IMG/VR virus record: IMGVR_UViG_3300011223_000001 | Location: 124,001-188,000 of that record | DNA: 64,000 nt | From: an uncultured virus (IMG/VR IMGVR_UViG_3300011223_000001) | Lineage: Duplodnaviria > Heunggongvirae > Uroviricota > Caudoviricetes | Reading direction: 5' to 3' (one strand) | Part shown: positions 20,283 to 29,851 of the stretch, piece after piece | How positions within the stretch are numbered: the first letter of the stretch is position 1 | Layout of the letters: each line of letters starts with the position of its first letter | Position numbers and translations under genes: made by a program | Notes under the pieces: generated by a model | Database searches by the model: none | The model's input: the letters and a program-made list of their open reading frames with translations, nothing else | Told to the model about the DNA's origin: nothing

Positions 20283-22412
20283 ACATCACCTCCTCAGTCC
20301 AAAGCAAGGCGTTGCCGGGTACGTTACCCCAGAATTCCACATTGCCGCGTTTATCCAAAAACACCGTGAAGTCTTTACCGCAGTCCATCGCCGCTACTGG
20401 GAAGTCAACTTCGTTTTCACAGGCAGCCGGTGCGCCGTACCACACCACCGAACCATCGCTGTAGACAATACCGCAGTGACCGTAGCCACCACCGATATCC
20501 ACCGGTTTGGTTTTGCTGGTGGCCACTTCGGTCAGCACCACCCCTGACGCCCGGTTGATGCTGTACACTTTGCAGGTATTGGTAGCGTCTGGCTCACCAC
20601 TGCCAAACAAGGCGATGATGTGGGTTTCGCTGATAACCAGATCCAGCAGGGTGCTGCTGAGATTGGCCGACGACCACGCACTGATCAGCGCGTTAAACGC
20701 CGTGACGAAGGCAGCCAAGCCGTACGCGTACACCGTACCGGCCTTGTCCTTGAACACAACCATTTCACCGGCAGCAGCGCTTTCGGTGTTGCACCACACA
20801 TTCGCACAGTTCGAGTTCAAGGTGGTGGACGCCGAAGCACTGGTGGTACGCACCAGGCGACCGTCTTGAGTGAGCATGTAAATGGCGGTTTTGGTGACCA
20901 CCACTTTGGCCAAGCGGTTGGCGGCTACAAACCCACTGCCGGTGGCAAAGGAGTTGTGGGGTACCAGGCCCCCGGTGCTGTGCTTGGTCAAAGAACCGTT
21001 CGCGGCGATGGACAAGGCCACCCCAGCGTTCAGTGCAAACCCGCCTTTACCGGAGGTCAGTGTCGCCGGGACGGTTACGCCAGGCAAGGCCCGCGTAATA
21101 CCACCATCAGCACCGTTGATTACCGCATAGCCTGTGTCGCCAGCCACCACATCCACCGGCGCCATCGCATCACGCGCCAAGGTGGTGTTTTGAACATCGG
21201 CTTCGAAGGTAGCCCCTGAGTTAGAGATCAGGTTATTACCAGCGATCCATGCTTGCGCTACGTTGTCGAGGATGCTCTGCATCTCAGCTTCTTGGACAAC
21301 GATCTCCATGAACTGATCGAACGTACGACCGTCGAAAGTCGTAGCATTCCCACCACCACCGCCCCCCGACCCGTTGAGCAGGTTNNNNNNNNNNGAATCT
21401 GCTCGGTGGTCAAGGTCCCTACCTGCGCCGCAGTCACCTTGTGGGGGTTGTCGGTGCGCTTACTGAAGGTATTGAACGCAAACTCAAGGTCTTCAAGGCG
21501 TTCGGTGGGTACGTACGCTTCGATCATCAGCGCTGTGGTGTAGGGCGACATGAACGCACTGTTGTTCAGCGGGTCAATCGCCTGAGCCGCGTTGGCCAGC
21601 GCCAAGTTGGGCACGTTACTGAGACCGACTTGTGCTTTGGTAACCCCGTGTGGGTTATTCTTGTTGCCGACGTGTGAGTTGAGGGGTGCCATGGCGACCG
21701 TGTTGACAACGTGCCACGTCGTTTGTGGCGTCATGTAACCGCCGGTGAAGCTTGCTTGCAGTGCCTGGGCTAAGCTGGCCAGCGGCAGGTTTTGTACCAG
21801 CCCCAACCCCACCTGACCCGACGTAACCTTGTGAGGGTTATTGAAGTTGTTGACGTGCGATGCACTCTGACCCGCTGCCGCCGCTTCGATCGCCGCAGCA
21901 ATCGAGTTGATGGCCGCTTCGATGTCATCACTGCCCACCAGTTTGTCAACCGATTGATCGTGTGCGATCGAGGGGAAGCGCGCGGGCAAACCATCGATCT
22001 GCTCCCAGGAGCGTACGATCGGGTTGATCTGCTTGCGAGTCAGTTCTTCAAGGATCGCGTTGGCGTTAAAGCCCCATTGACCCCCGACGGTGTGGTACTG
22101 AAGCCGTGTGTTACCGCTGATCGACTTCTTAAGGAAACGGATCGAACCGGCCAACGGTCGCTTGAGCGACTTCATGGCATCGACGAAGTAATGACCGATC
22201 ACATAGTCTTCGCCTTCTTTGTAAGCGACACCTGTGACGTGGTTCATCACCTTCAGCGTTTCGACATAAAACGGGGCTGCGAATGGAATGATGAAGTAGA
22301 AGTCGTCCAGCCCCGGCGTTTGCAGAGTCTGGACCTCGTTGGTGATCAAGTTGCTCGGGTTCGAGCAGTAAAGGTCCTCGGCGTAAAGACCGGTGCTTGC
22401 GTGACTGGCCAT
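20269..22412 (-). CDS. Tail fibre protein with NPH repeats and a C-terminal RCC1/beta-propeller-like part; one gene split by an assembly gap
   Basis: ORFs 21258..22412 and 20269..21309 join across the N run (...TTEQI-gap-NLLNGSGGGGGGNATTFDGRTFDQFMEIV); C-terminal GGGYGHCGIVYSDGSVVWYG and DCGKDFTVFLDKRGNVEFWG are RCC1-like. Confidence 0.7.
21385..21394. other. Assembly gap (10 N)
   Basis: Run of 10 n in the sequence. Confidence 0.99.
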
Positions 22413-22523
22413 GGGGGTCTCCTGCGTGACGACAACCCTTTCGTGAAAATTATGAGCACATAGAATTGTCGGCTAAAGATACGACTATAATAATGATGTG
22501 GACATTTTAACGAGGGAAACCCC

Positions 22524-23768
22524 ATGTACCAATTAGTGCGTGCACGCCATCGACGCGATCGACGGGCTGGCCGGTGGCTTGAAGCCGATCTTAAAAATGC
22601 GCTGGTGTCCACGCTGTCCACGGTTTATGGTCAGGTGATTCTGTACATTACCTACCCAGGCTTCCCCGGACAGAAGGCCCTGCGCTTTGAAAACACCTTG
22701 GCGTTTCGTCGGGGCATCAACACCAACACCACTGTGCAGCAGTGGCTCACTGCACTGGGCAATACCACCCTGCCTTGGGAGAAGATGCTACCCAATGAAA
22801 GTGTCCGGCTTGCAGAATACGGCCAAGCTTGGCACATGGGTTATGACATCCAAACCCGAGGGCGGTATTCGGATGTACAGAACAACTTGTCCACCTACGT
22901 GCAAGAAGACCTGTTGTTGACCCACCCCAAGTTCACACCGCAATACATCGATGAACACTGCCTTTTCGATGTTAACGGGTTTATCCACCTGTCTGACTTT
23001 GGCACAGACGGTGTGCGCATCGTTGACGGTAACCGCACGGTGCGTCGCTCTAACGACAACCAAGTGGGGGTGATCAGTTTCGAGAACATCGGCAAGATCC
23101 GTAAGGTGCCGATCGTTGAGGCCATGGTCAAGAAACAAAACCCCAACAGCACCCTGTATCAAGCAGCCTACGTTACCCTGCCTAGCAACATCGACCTTAA
23201 GGACAAAACGGTTCTACTGGTCTTGGGGGGTTACTTGCATCCCTTCAGTAAGTCTTACGTACAGGTCTCTGACCGTACATGGCGGATCGAACTTCAGAAC
23301 ATTTTGTTCTTGGAACGCTACCTCGAATCGGCCCGAGGCATGAACATGGACAAACTCGGGTTAGCCGATGACCCTGAAAACCGTACGTTGTTCTCGGTCG
23401 AAGAGATGCGCCGTGACTCGGCAATGCTGGGTTACCTCACGATGTCGCAGAGCTTCTTTGTCATCATCGATGCCCCGAGCATGTTCCACGAACTCGAGCC
23501 GCTTGAGTACGCAGGCTTCCCTGGGCGCTACCTCAACCGTGATGGTCGTCAGCTACCGGTAGTGGGTGCTTACGGGCGTACCTTGGATTACCACATCATC
23601 CACGAACACGGCATTTACGTCTACGTGTGCAGCAACAACTACCGGTTTGACTACACGGCCAACTTCGGCAACTGGCTCAAGGACAAGCTGGTTAACGGCG
23701 GGCTGTATCCCTACACCCCTTCACGACCAGCGCAAGCCTACTTGCGCCTCTTAGGTACCGACGCCTGA
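22524..23768 (+). CDS. Conserved phiKZ-like virion structural protein
   Basis: 414-aa ORF with GAGG RBS; CLFDVNGFIH, KTVLLVLGGYL and YLTMSQSFFVII motifs recalled from jumbo phage structural proteins. Confidence 0.55.
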   Translation: MYQLVRARHRRDRRAGRWLEADLKNALVSTLSTVYGQVILYITYPGFPGQKALRFENTLAFRRGINTNTTVQQWLTALGNTTLPWEKMLPNESVRLAEYGQAWHMGYDIQTRGRYSDVQNNLSTYVQEDLLLTHPKFTPQYIDEHCLFDVNGFIHLSDFGTDGVRIVDGNRTVRRSNDNQVGVISFENIGKIRKVPIVEAMVKKQNPNSTLYQAAYVTLPSNIDLKDKTVLLVLGGYLHPFSKSYVQVSDRTWRIELQNILFLERYLESARGMNMDKLGLADDPENRTLFSVEEMRRDSAMLGYLTMSQSFFVIIDAPSMFHELEPLEYAGFPGRYLNRDGRQLPVVGAYGRTLDYHIIHEHGIYVYVCSNNYRFDYTANFGNWLKDKLVNGGLYPYTPSRPAQAYLRLLGTDA

Positions 23769-23808
23769 CGGCATAAAGCCCCTCCCATTGGGGAGGGGCT
23801 TATGTCCG
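23769..23808. terminator. Hairpin between convergent genes
   Basis: GCATAAAGCCCCTCCC-attg-GGGAGGGGCTTATG. Confidence 0.7.
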
Positions 23809-23810
23809 AC

Positions 23811-24518
23811 TCAACCGGGTCGAAAGATCGAGAAGCTCGAGGGGTCAATCCAATGGATCAACATGTACTCAAGCAGGTACAGCTTCAATGCCGCCACCTC
23901 ATCCTTCTTGTCCTCAATACTGAGGCCGCTGACGTCCTTCTCAAAAAGACGCGGTACGATCAGGTTAAAACCTTGCGTGCGGTTTACCACAAGGTTCTTC
24001 AGGTGCATTTTTATCCACCCGTTAAAATCGTACATGCAGGCGACTGCAAACGACTGCGTTAGCCAGGCGGGTGTTACTGATTCGGGTTTACGTTTGATGA
24101 ACGTAATCTCGGGTTCAAACCGAAGCCGGTGGCTGAAGAATGTGCGGAACATTTCCATCTCGATGTCATCCATCGAGTAAGGCCAGATGTTCACCACGAT
24201 GCTGATGTCGTTGTTGGGACGACCGTCATTGATCGCGATCTCGTTCTCGGCAATCATCTTAAACAACACCGCAAAGATGTTGGTCATTACCGAAGCTTGC
24301 AAAATCGCATCATCACGGGCGGCGTAGCGGGCCACCATTGTCTCGGTCTTGACCTTGCCCCCGGTCAGCTTGGTCCAGTCGTCTGACTCACGGTGCCAGT
24401 AACTGTCTTGAGTAAGCAACTCGGTCGCCACCTGCGGGTAGATCGCAGCGAGTGTCGCAATACGCGTGTCAAAGACCGTGTCCAGGTCGATGTATAGCTT
24501 TGACTTTGGTTCATTCAT
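23811..24518 (-). CDS. Hypothetical protein with a HAD-like DxD start
   Basis: LYIDLDTVFDTR motif; 235 aa. Confidence 0.5.
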   Translation of the reverse strand: MNEPKSKLYIDLDTVFDTRIATLAAIYPQVATELLTQDSYWHRESDDWTKLTGGKVKTETMVARYAARDDAILQASVMTNIFAVLFKMIAENEIAINDGRPNNDISIVVNIWPYSMDDIEMEMFRTFFSHRLRFEPEITFIKRKPESVTPAWLTQSFAVACMYDFNGWIKMHLKNLVVNRTQGFNLIVPRLFEKDVSGLSIEDKKDEVAALKLYLLEYMLIHWIDPSSFSIFRPG

Positions 24519-24982
24519 TTAGCCGTCAGTCCCCATACGTCCCGGAACAGGATGACCGAGAGCAACCCCGCGGCACCCGGTATGTGGTTGATGTGGTAGT
24601 GTCGATCGGGGCGACAGGTTTTGATATAACCTTCATCGACAATATCCTGATCCAAACCCACTTGCTCGATCATCGCTCCTATCGCGGCGATGTAGGCGAC
24701 ATCCAAACCATCGGCCATCATGAGCGCTTTTGTGATTCGCTCAAGCTTAGTTAGAGCGGCGTGTGTTTTTGGGTCGTGGCGCATGACGTCCCAGATACTG
24801 GTTTTGATCACTGGTGCGGTACCAATGAACCAGTTGGTTTTGGTGGCGATTTCGTCAGCGGTGCCCAGGATCATCTCGGTCAACGCTTTACGTGCGTCTT
24901 CGCTGAATGGGCGTAGGAAGTTGGTCACAGCCAAGGAGTAAACCTTACGCATCTGGTCAACTTGAGTGAACGGGATTTCCAT
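24515..24982 (-). CDS. Hypothetical protein
   Basis: 155-aa ORF with AAGGA RBS; 4-nt ATGA-type overlap with the next gene. Confidence 0.55.
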   Translation of the reverse strand: MEIPFTQVDQMRKVYSLAVTNFLRPFSEDARKALTEMILGTADEIATKTNWFIGTAPVIKTSIWDVMRHDPKTHAALTKLERITKALMMADGLDVAYIAAIGAMIEQVGLDQDIVDEGYIKTCRPDRHYHINHIPGAAGLLSVILFRDVWGLTAK

Positions 24983-24991
24983 GAGACGTCC

Positions 24992-25660
24992 TTAAATGTT
25001 GTTAGCGATATGCATTGCTTTGAGCAGCACACGCAGTGATTCGGTGGCTTTGACCGAAGAAGGGAAAGCAGCCATGATCTGATCGAGCGACACAGCACCC
25101 GTCTCGTAGATCATCTTGTTCATTGCCGCGTAGGCTTTGGCATCGCCTGCTCGGAACTTCACCAGCTCCAGCAGCATCTTGTCCAACCCCTTGGAGAGGT
25201 TTACCTGAATTTCAGGGTAGGACATTCGCGAACCTTTCGACACCCCAGTGGCTTGACCTGTGAGTTGGTCAACCACATCGTCCGACTGCGGTACCGACAT
25301 CTTAGAATCACGGGTCTGTGCTTGTCGGCGGAACGGGACCAGTCCAGTCAGCAGTTTCGCCGGGGTACGTCGTAACATACCGGTTTCTTGGTCGGTCAAG
25401 TAGAGGTGTTGGAACAGGGGATAACCCAGTTCTTCGGCCACCTCGATGTTACGGGTCAGGTTCAGCTTAACGTCGGCTAGGTTGGGATGGAACAACGCAA
25501 GGATCTCCTCGCCCCGTTCTAAACGCTCCATCCAATCGTCGAATTCTTCATCGCTGGTCCGCGCAAAGATCTCTTCGTAAATCTTCGTGTTCGTTCCGTT
25601 CGGTAGCATCCGTTCGATGAAATACAGTATCTCTTGCTCGGCAAGCTTGCGCATGGACAT
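24992..25660 (-). CDS. rpoB: Virion RNA polymerase beta subunit, C-terminal fragment (phiKZ gp149-like)
   Basis: RRQAQTRDSKMS...DQLTGQATGVSKGSRMSYPE...ELVKFRAGD resembles the beta C-terminal region (bacterial KL.H...K...TQQP.GG...GG.RFGEME...E.LT.KSDD). Confidence 0.8.
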   Translation of the reverse strand: MSMRKLAEQEILYFIERMLPNGTNTKIYEEIFARTSDEEFDDWMERLERGEEILALFHPNLADVKLNLTRNIEVAEELGYPLFQHLYLTDQETGMLRRTPAKLLTGLVPFRRQAQTRDSKMSVPQSDDVVDQLTGQATGVSKGSRMSYPEIQVNLSKGLDKMLLELVKFRAGDAKAYAAMNKMIYETGAVSLDQIMAAFPSSVKATESLRVLLKAMHIANNI

Positions 25661-25790
25661 GGTACGCCCCAGTGTAAATGGATCAACATACTATTTCTTT
25701 TCCAGTGCTCCTTTGCGCAAGACGGCATAAAGGAAGGCACAACCTGCACCTTCCTTTATGTCAGAACGTTACTGGTCACAAGGCGAGCCA

Positions 25791-26150
25791 TCAATGCGCC
25801 GCTGCCGCCACGCCAAACCGCCGCTGGGCCAGCGTGCTCAGGTCGTTGTAATACGAACTGACGCGCAAGCTGGTGTTCTGCGGGAAACGGTTAACGATCA
25901 GGTACGGGAGAATATGGGTGACAAACGATTGACCCCATACTGCAAAGTCCTGCGTGTCAGCCAACTGGAGCCGCATCTGGAACGTATCGCCTGGATACTG
26001 TGCCAGCAGTTGGTGGAAGAACGCATTCAGCTCGCGAATGGTGCGGATGTCACGTGGGCAACGGTGATAAAAGTCTTCTGCCAGTTCAACGTCTCGTGCG
26101 CGAATCAGGTAGTAGGCTTGTGCGAGCGGGCCGCTCTTTTGGTTTGGCAT
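25791..26150 (-). CDS. Hypothetical protein
   Basis: 119-aa ORF with GAGGA RBS. Confidence 0.55.
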   Translation of the reverse strand: MPNQKSGPLAQAYYLIRARDVELAEDFYHRCPRDIRTIRELNAFFHQLLAQYPGDTFQMRLQLADTQDFAVWGQSFVTHILPYLIVNRFPQNTSLRVSSYYNDLSTLAQRRFGVAAAAH

Positions 26151-26203
26151 TGGGGTCTTCCTCGAATGATGTTAAGACGGCTGCACTGCGTCATGCTCAG
26201 TCC

Positions 26204-26572
26204 TTATTGTGTTGTAGGTCCGCTGATGTCAGCGATGTGTTTGGCAGATATCAGTTGGCTTAGGTATGCTGCTAACAAATGCCGATGGCAAAACTTCCCG
26301 CCAGGGCAATAGCAGCCAATTGCCACTTTTTCTATTCGCAACAAAGCATTCCAGAATTCTGGATTTACTCGGCGGCTGTAGTCCAGTATGCGATGGTACA
26401 AACGCGTATATTTTTCCTCAGAGATGCGTCCCTGTTTAATACCCATGACCATGTCCCAGGTCGGTGCGAGTTGACGATAACCACTTTTAACGGTGGTGTC
26501 TAAGATGACGATATCGTCGCCCATCGCTTTGACCAAGCGCCAGTGTGCAATCTGGTACGTGTAGATCTCCAC
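26204..26572 (-). CDS. DUF488-like protein
   Basis: LAPTWDMV...ISEEKYTRLY...IGCYCPGGKFCHRHLLA is the typical C...CHR pattern. Confidence 0.7.
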   Translation of the reverse strand: MEIYTYQIAHWRLVKAMGDDIVILDTTVKSGYRQLAPTWDMVMGIKQGRISEEKYTRLYHRILDYSRRVNPEFWNALLRIEKVAIGCYCPGGKFCHRHLLAAYLSQLISAKHIADISGPTTQ

Positions 26573-26653
26573 GCTAACAGACCCGCACCGCTTTAACTTT
26601 TTTGTTTGTCATAGCAAAGACCTCACATACTTGGTCGCCACAGCGACTCCCTT

Positions 26654-26668
26654 GTAATATAAGGCTTA
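26654..26668 (-). promoter_or_regulatory. Putative early promoter
   Basis: Minus-strand TAAGCCTTATATTAC contains TATTAC, the phiKZ early promoter core, and is followed by a GTCGC-tgtg-GCGAC hairpin. Confidence 0.45.
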
Positions 26669-26749
26669 CAGGTAAAACGTTGCTCAAAAAGTAATCAGTA
26701 CCTCATAAAATCACAGACGGCATAAAACCGCCCGAAGGCGGTTTTATAA

Positions 26750-28234
26750 TCACGCGGCCATGGGTTGGGAAACCGGCAGTGCTTTGGCACCCGCGGCAAG
26801 CTTGTCCATGTTGAACTTAAGGGCAGCGGCCTTAAGGCGTTCACGGTCAGCCTCAGGCAGCCAGTACGGCACGTACAGGCCCTTGCGCATGCGCAATAAG
26901 TCCATGGTGGACAGGTAGGGTTTCGGGAAGAGGTGCTCTTCTTCCTTGAAGACCCAGAAGGCCCGTGTGTTCAACAACACCTCCCAGTCGTAGCCGATGG
27001 TCTTGAGGTCTTCGTACAGCGTTTTCGGATCAGTGAAGACTTGTTCACGGTCTTTGCGGTGGAACTGGATCAGCTGGAGCATCTCCGACTGGATCTCGGT
27101 CACCCGGCGCAAGCGCTCGGATTCATTCAGTTTGGCACGAACAGTGGTGCGGCTCAGGTTGGTTTCAGGCGCCAAGGCGAGCTGGTGGTTGAGGTTGCTG
27201 CCGTTGTTACCGAAGTCGTTTTCGTAGCAGTAGTAGAACTCGGTCAGTGACGGCAGGTAACCTTCGGTCTGCGACATGATCATCGGCATGAGCATACCGG
27301 TGATACCACCCTTGCCACGCAGGTTCTGGACTTCCAGGATCTTGAGGTCGGTGTCCCCTTCCATCGCGGTCTTGTTGTCCAATGGGAAGCGCGGCATCTT
27401 CTCTTTGGTGAGCAGTGGTTTGTTCGAGACGATGTCCCACACGTTGTGTGGCATGGAGTAGAAGCCTGGGCCGACACCTTTGATCACAGTGTCTTTCTTC
27501 ATGTGGCTCAGGTTGCGCTTGTCGGTGGGGTACATCTCCATGTTGATGATGTCGCCCACGTGAGCGGTCATGATCACGTAGGAGCCGGTTTGCGCGGCCA
27601 TGGTCGGCATTTGGTTGAACAGCTGGGTCTTGGCCTTACCCATGGTCATGGCGTCAGTGTTGTTCTTACTGTCGCCGATTTTGTTCTTGTCGTACATCTC
27701 CTGAACTTCCTTGATCTGGAACTTCGAGAAGCTGTCGATCAGCAGGGATGTCGGCTGGTAGGCCTGACGGTATTCCCCATCGCGGTCAATGAACGGTGTG
27801 GTGAGGATCTGTTTCTTCGGATCGGAAGTCTTCTTGTAGACCTCGTCACGGAATTCTTTCATGAGCAGGTCGCCGGTGTAGCGCGACAGGTCGGTGAAGA
27901 CGAACTGGGTGTCTTGTTCCCAGTCGATCAACATCAGCTCAGCAAAGGCCATGGAGATCGTCTGGAAACGTTGAATCGGCGACAGCGTACCTTCGGTGTC
28001 GTACACCATGCCGTAGGCGTTTTGGAAAGCACGGCGAATCATCGCCTGCATGAAGATCGCTAAAGCGGTCTTGAAGTTGTTAGGACGGGAGGCGATGCCG
28101 GTCAATGGACCGACACCACCGTTCATAATCGACTCGCCGTGCTTGCCGAGTTCGTAATGCCCGGTGGGTATGTCATACATCCCGTTCACGTTCAGTGCGG
28201 GACGAAACAGGGGTTTTGCGATAGCTCCAAACAT
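26750..28234 (-). CDS. uvsX: UvsX/RecA-like recombinase (phiKZ gp152-like)
   Basis: Divergent Walker A SRPNNFKT, YDTEGT, Walker B LLIDSFS, VIMTAHVG; ATG at 28234 with AAGGA RBS. Confidence 0.8.
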   Translation of the reverse strand: MFGAIAKPLFRPALNVNGMYDIPTGHYELGKHGESIMNGGVGPLTGIASRPNNFKTALAIFMQAMIRRAFQNAYGMVYDTEGTLSPIQRFQTISMAFAELMLIDWEQDTQFVFTDLSRYTGDLLMKEFRDEVYKKTSDPKKQILTTPFIDRDGEYRQAYQPTSLLIDSFSKFQIKEVQEMYDKNKIGDSKNNTDAMTMGKAKTQLFNQMPTMAAQTGSYVIMTAHVGDIINMEMYPTDKRNLSHMKKDTVIKGVGPGFYSMPHNVWDIVSNKPLLTKEKMPRFPLDNKTAMEGDTDLKILEVQNLRGKGGITGMLMPMIMSQTEGYLPSLTEFYYCYENDFGNNGSNLNHQLALAPETNLSRTTVRAKLNESERLRRVTEIQSEMLQLIQFHRKDREQVFTDPKTLYEDLKTIGYDWEVLLNTRAFWVFKEEEHLFPKPYLSTMDLLRMRKGLYVPYWLPEADRERLKAAALKFNMDKLAAGAKALPVSQPMAA

Positions 28235-28319
28235 GCCGTGATCCTTGAGAGGAAGTTCAACCAACACCTAATTAACACACCACGTAAAAACTTTGTGGAG
28301 TACTTGATTCAAAAGACTT

Positions 28320-28349
28320 TGAGACCTATATTGTCAATGTGAATCGGAT
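28320..28349 (+). promoter_or_regulatory. Putative phage promoter, copy 1 of repeated motif
   Basis: TGAGACCTATATTGTCAATGTGAATCGGAT closely matches the motifs at 44881 and 45353. Confidence 0.6.
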
Positions 28350-28390
28350 GCATAAAGCGTTCGATCACCATCCCTTTAAGGAATGACGAT

Positions 28391-28837
28391 ATGTCGCGTT
28401 TGAACCAGTACCACCAATTCTTCCTCCTCGATGCCAGCAACATGGTGGAGCTCAGTGACGTGCAGGACACGCACTGGATCAAAGAGGCTCGGGTGGTCAA
28501 TGCAGCGCTGCCTAAAGGTACACGAACCTTAGGTATCTGGCGCCAAGCCAGCCTCGACCAGCTCGAAGGTGCCCTGAAGCAACAGTACGACATGTTGCTT
28601 GAGGCCGAGTGCGCCAGCATGGTGCCTGAGCAAGAGTATGCACTGGCCGGGTTACTGTGGGGTGGGTTTACCGAGCACCGTCTGCAACGCTACGCAGATC
28701 GCTGGGTGTATCATGCCTGGGGTGGTGTGTGCGGCGATGAACGGGTTGTGGTGTCGGCCAACATCGACCTGATGATCCATCATGGCAAAGGCATTGGTCG
28801 GCTCTACAATGAGTTGGTCAAACACCAAGCGAAATAA
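28391..28837 (+). CDS. Hypothetical protein, probably early
   Basis: 148-aa ORF with AAGGA RBS, downstream of the repeated promoter motif and ending at a canonical terminator. Confidence 0.6.
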   Translation: MSRLNQYHQFFLLDASNMVELSDVQDTHWIKEARVVNAALPKGTRTLGIWRQASLDQLEGALKQQYDMLLEAECASMVPEQEYALAGLLWGGFTEHRLQRYADRWVYHAWGGVCGDERVVVSANIDLMIHHGKGIGRLYNELVKHQAK

Positions 28838-28842
28838 AGACG

Positions 28843-28873
28843 GGGGCCTTCGGGCCCCTTTCTTTTTTCTTTT
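28843..28873 (+). terminator. Rho-independent terminator
   Basis: GGGGCC-ttcg-GGCCCC followed by a T-rich tract. Confidence 0.8.
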
Positions 28874-28915
28874 GATTCATTCTATGAATTGAGCCATCAC
28901 ACTTAAGGGACCGCC

Positions 28916-29812
28916 ATGTCGCTGCTGACTGAATACTCCAATACCCCCGAGGAAGTTTCTTCCTCGCCTGAACCTGCGACCGAAGCCAACGGCCTGGGTG
29001 ACCTGCTTGTTCTGTTTGAAGAAGTCTCCCAAGAAGCGTTCAGCGTCGGTGACCTCAACAGCTGGCTGCAACGCAAAGCCGCTACGATCTCGGCGGCACT
29101 GCGCGATAACTTCCGCGCCCTGACGACGTGGAACTTCAGCAAGCCCGACACCATCAATGTCGCGCCGTTGGCACGGGTGTTGAGCACCTACCAGTACACA
29201 GACCTGGCTGAACTTGAAGTCTATGTACCGGTGGGCTTCCAGCATCAGTTGCAATGGTACACCACCCTGTTGACCAATTTCTCAGCACCGCTGGCGCTGG
29301 GTGCACTGCCCGGCATGTTGCTGCCAGCGCAAAAGTGCTTCGCCTACTACATCAACAACGCATCAGAAGCCAATGAGTCGCGTGAGCTCATTTGCAAACC
29401 CTCGATCACCACGCAAGATGTGCTTAAAGTCATCGAGGGTGAAGCCGACTACTTCATCCAAGGTAACCACCGCACTACAGCCCTGCTGGGCGATGTGTTT
29501 GAAAACAAACAGTCGATCACGCAAGTGGCCGATACTGTCAACAAACTCAATTACCAGCTGTGGCAGCAAGTACCACCACAGAAGGTCAAGGAAGAAACCG
29601 ACAAGCTGGCTAAGCTCGCCACCACGCTGCTTGGCATCCTTGAAGGCAGCCAAGACCGGGTCAACCCTGTGTTCATCAAATCACTGATGGGCCAGTTGGC
29701 GGACGCAGGTCGCTTCGTCGAGTGGTACGCCACACTGATGACCCGCATGTCGGATCTGACCTCGGCCATGAAAATGAACGAGAAGATCTTGCTGGACATA
29801 CAGAAGAAGTAA
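28916..29812 (+). CDS. Virion head protein (phiKZ gp153-like), probably proteolytically processed
   Basis: Acidic N-terminus ending in VSQE|AF, a candidate protease site; position after UvsX. Confidence 0.5.
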   Translation: MSLLTEYSNTPEEVSSSPEPATEANGLGDLLVLFEEVSQEAFSVGDLNSWLQRKAATISAALRDNFRALTTWNFSKPDTINVAPLARVLSTYQYTDLAELEVYVPVGFQHQLQWYTTLLTNFSAPLALGALPGMLLPAQKCFAYYINNASEANESRELICKPSITTQDVLKVIEGEADYFIQGNHRTTALLGDVFENKQSITQVADTVNKLNYQLWQQVPPQKVKEETDKLAKLATTLLGILEGSQDRVNPVFIKSLMGQLADAGRFVEWYATLMTRMSDLTSAMKMNEKILLDIQKK

Positions 29813-29851
29813 GACAGCATAAAGCCCGCCATCAAGGCGGGCTTTATGTCG

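Noticed and set aside
21258..21384. C-terminal TCSTGRGAVVV... tail or a programmed frameshift
   Set aside because: Produced by the arbitrary 10-N gap length.
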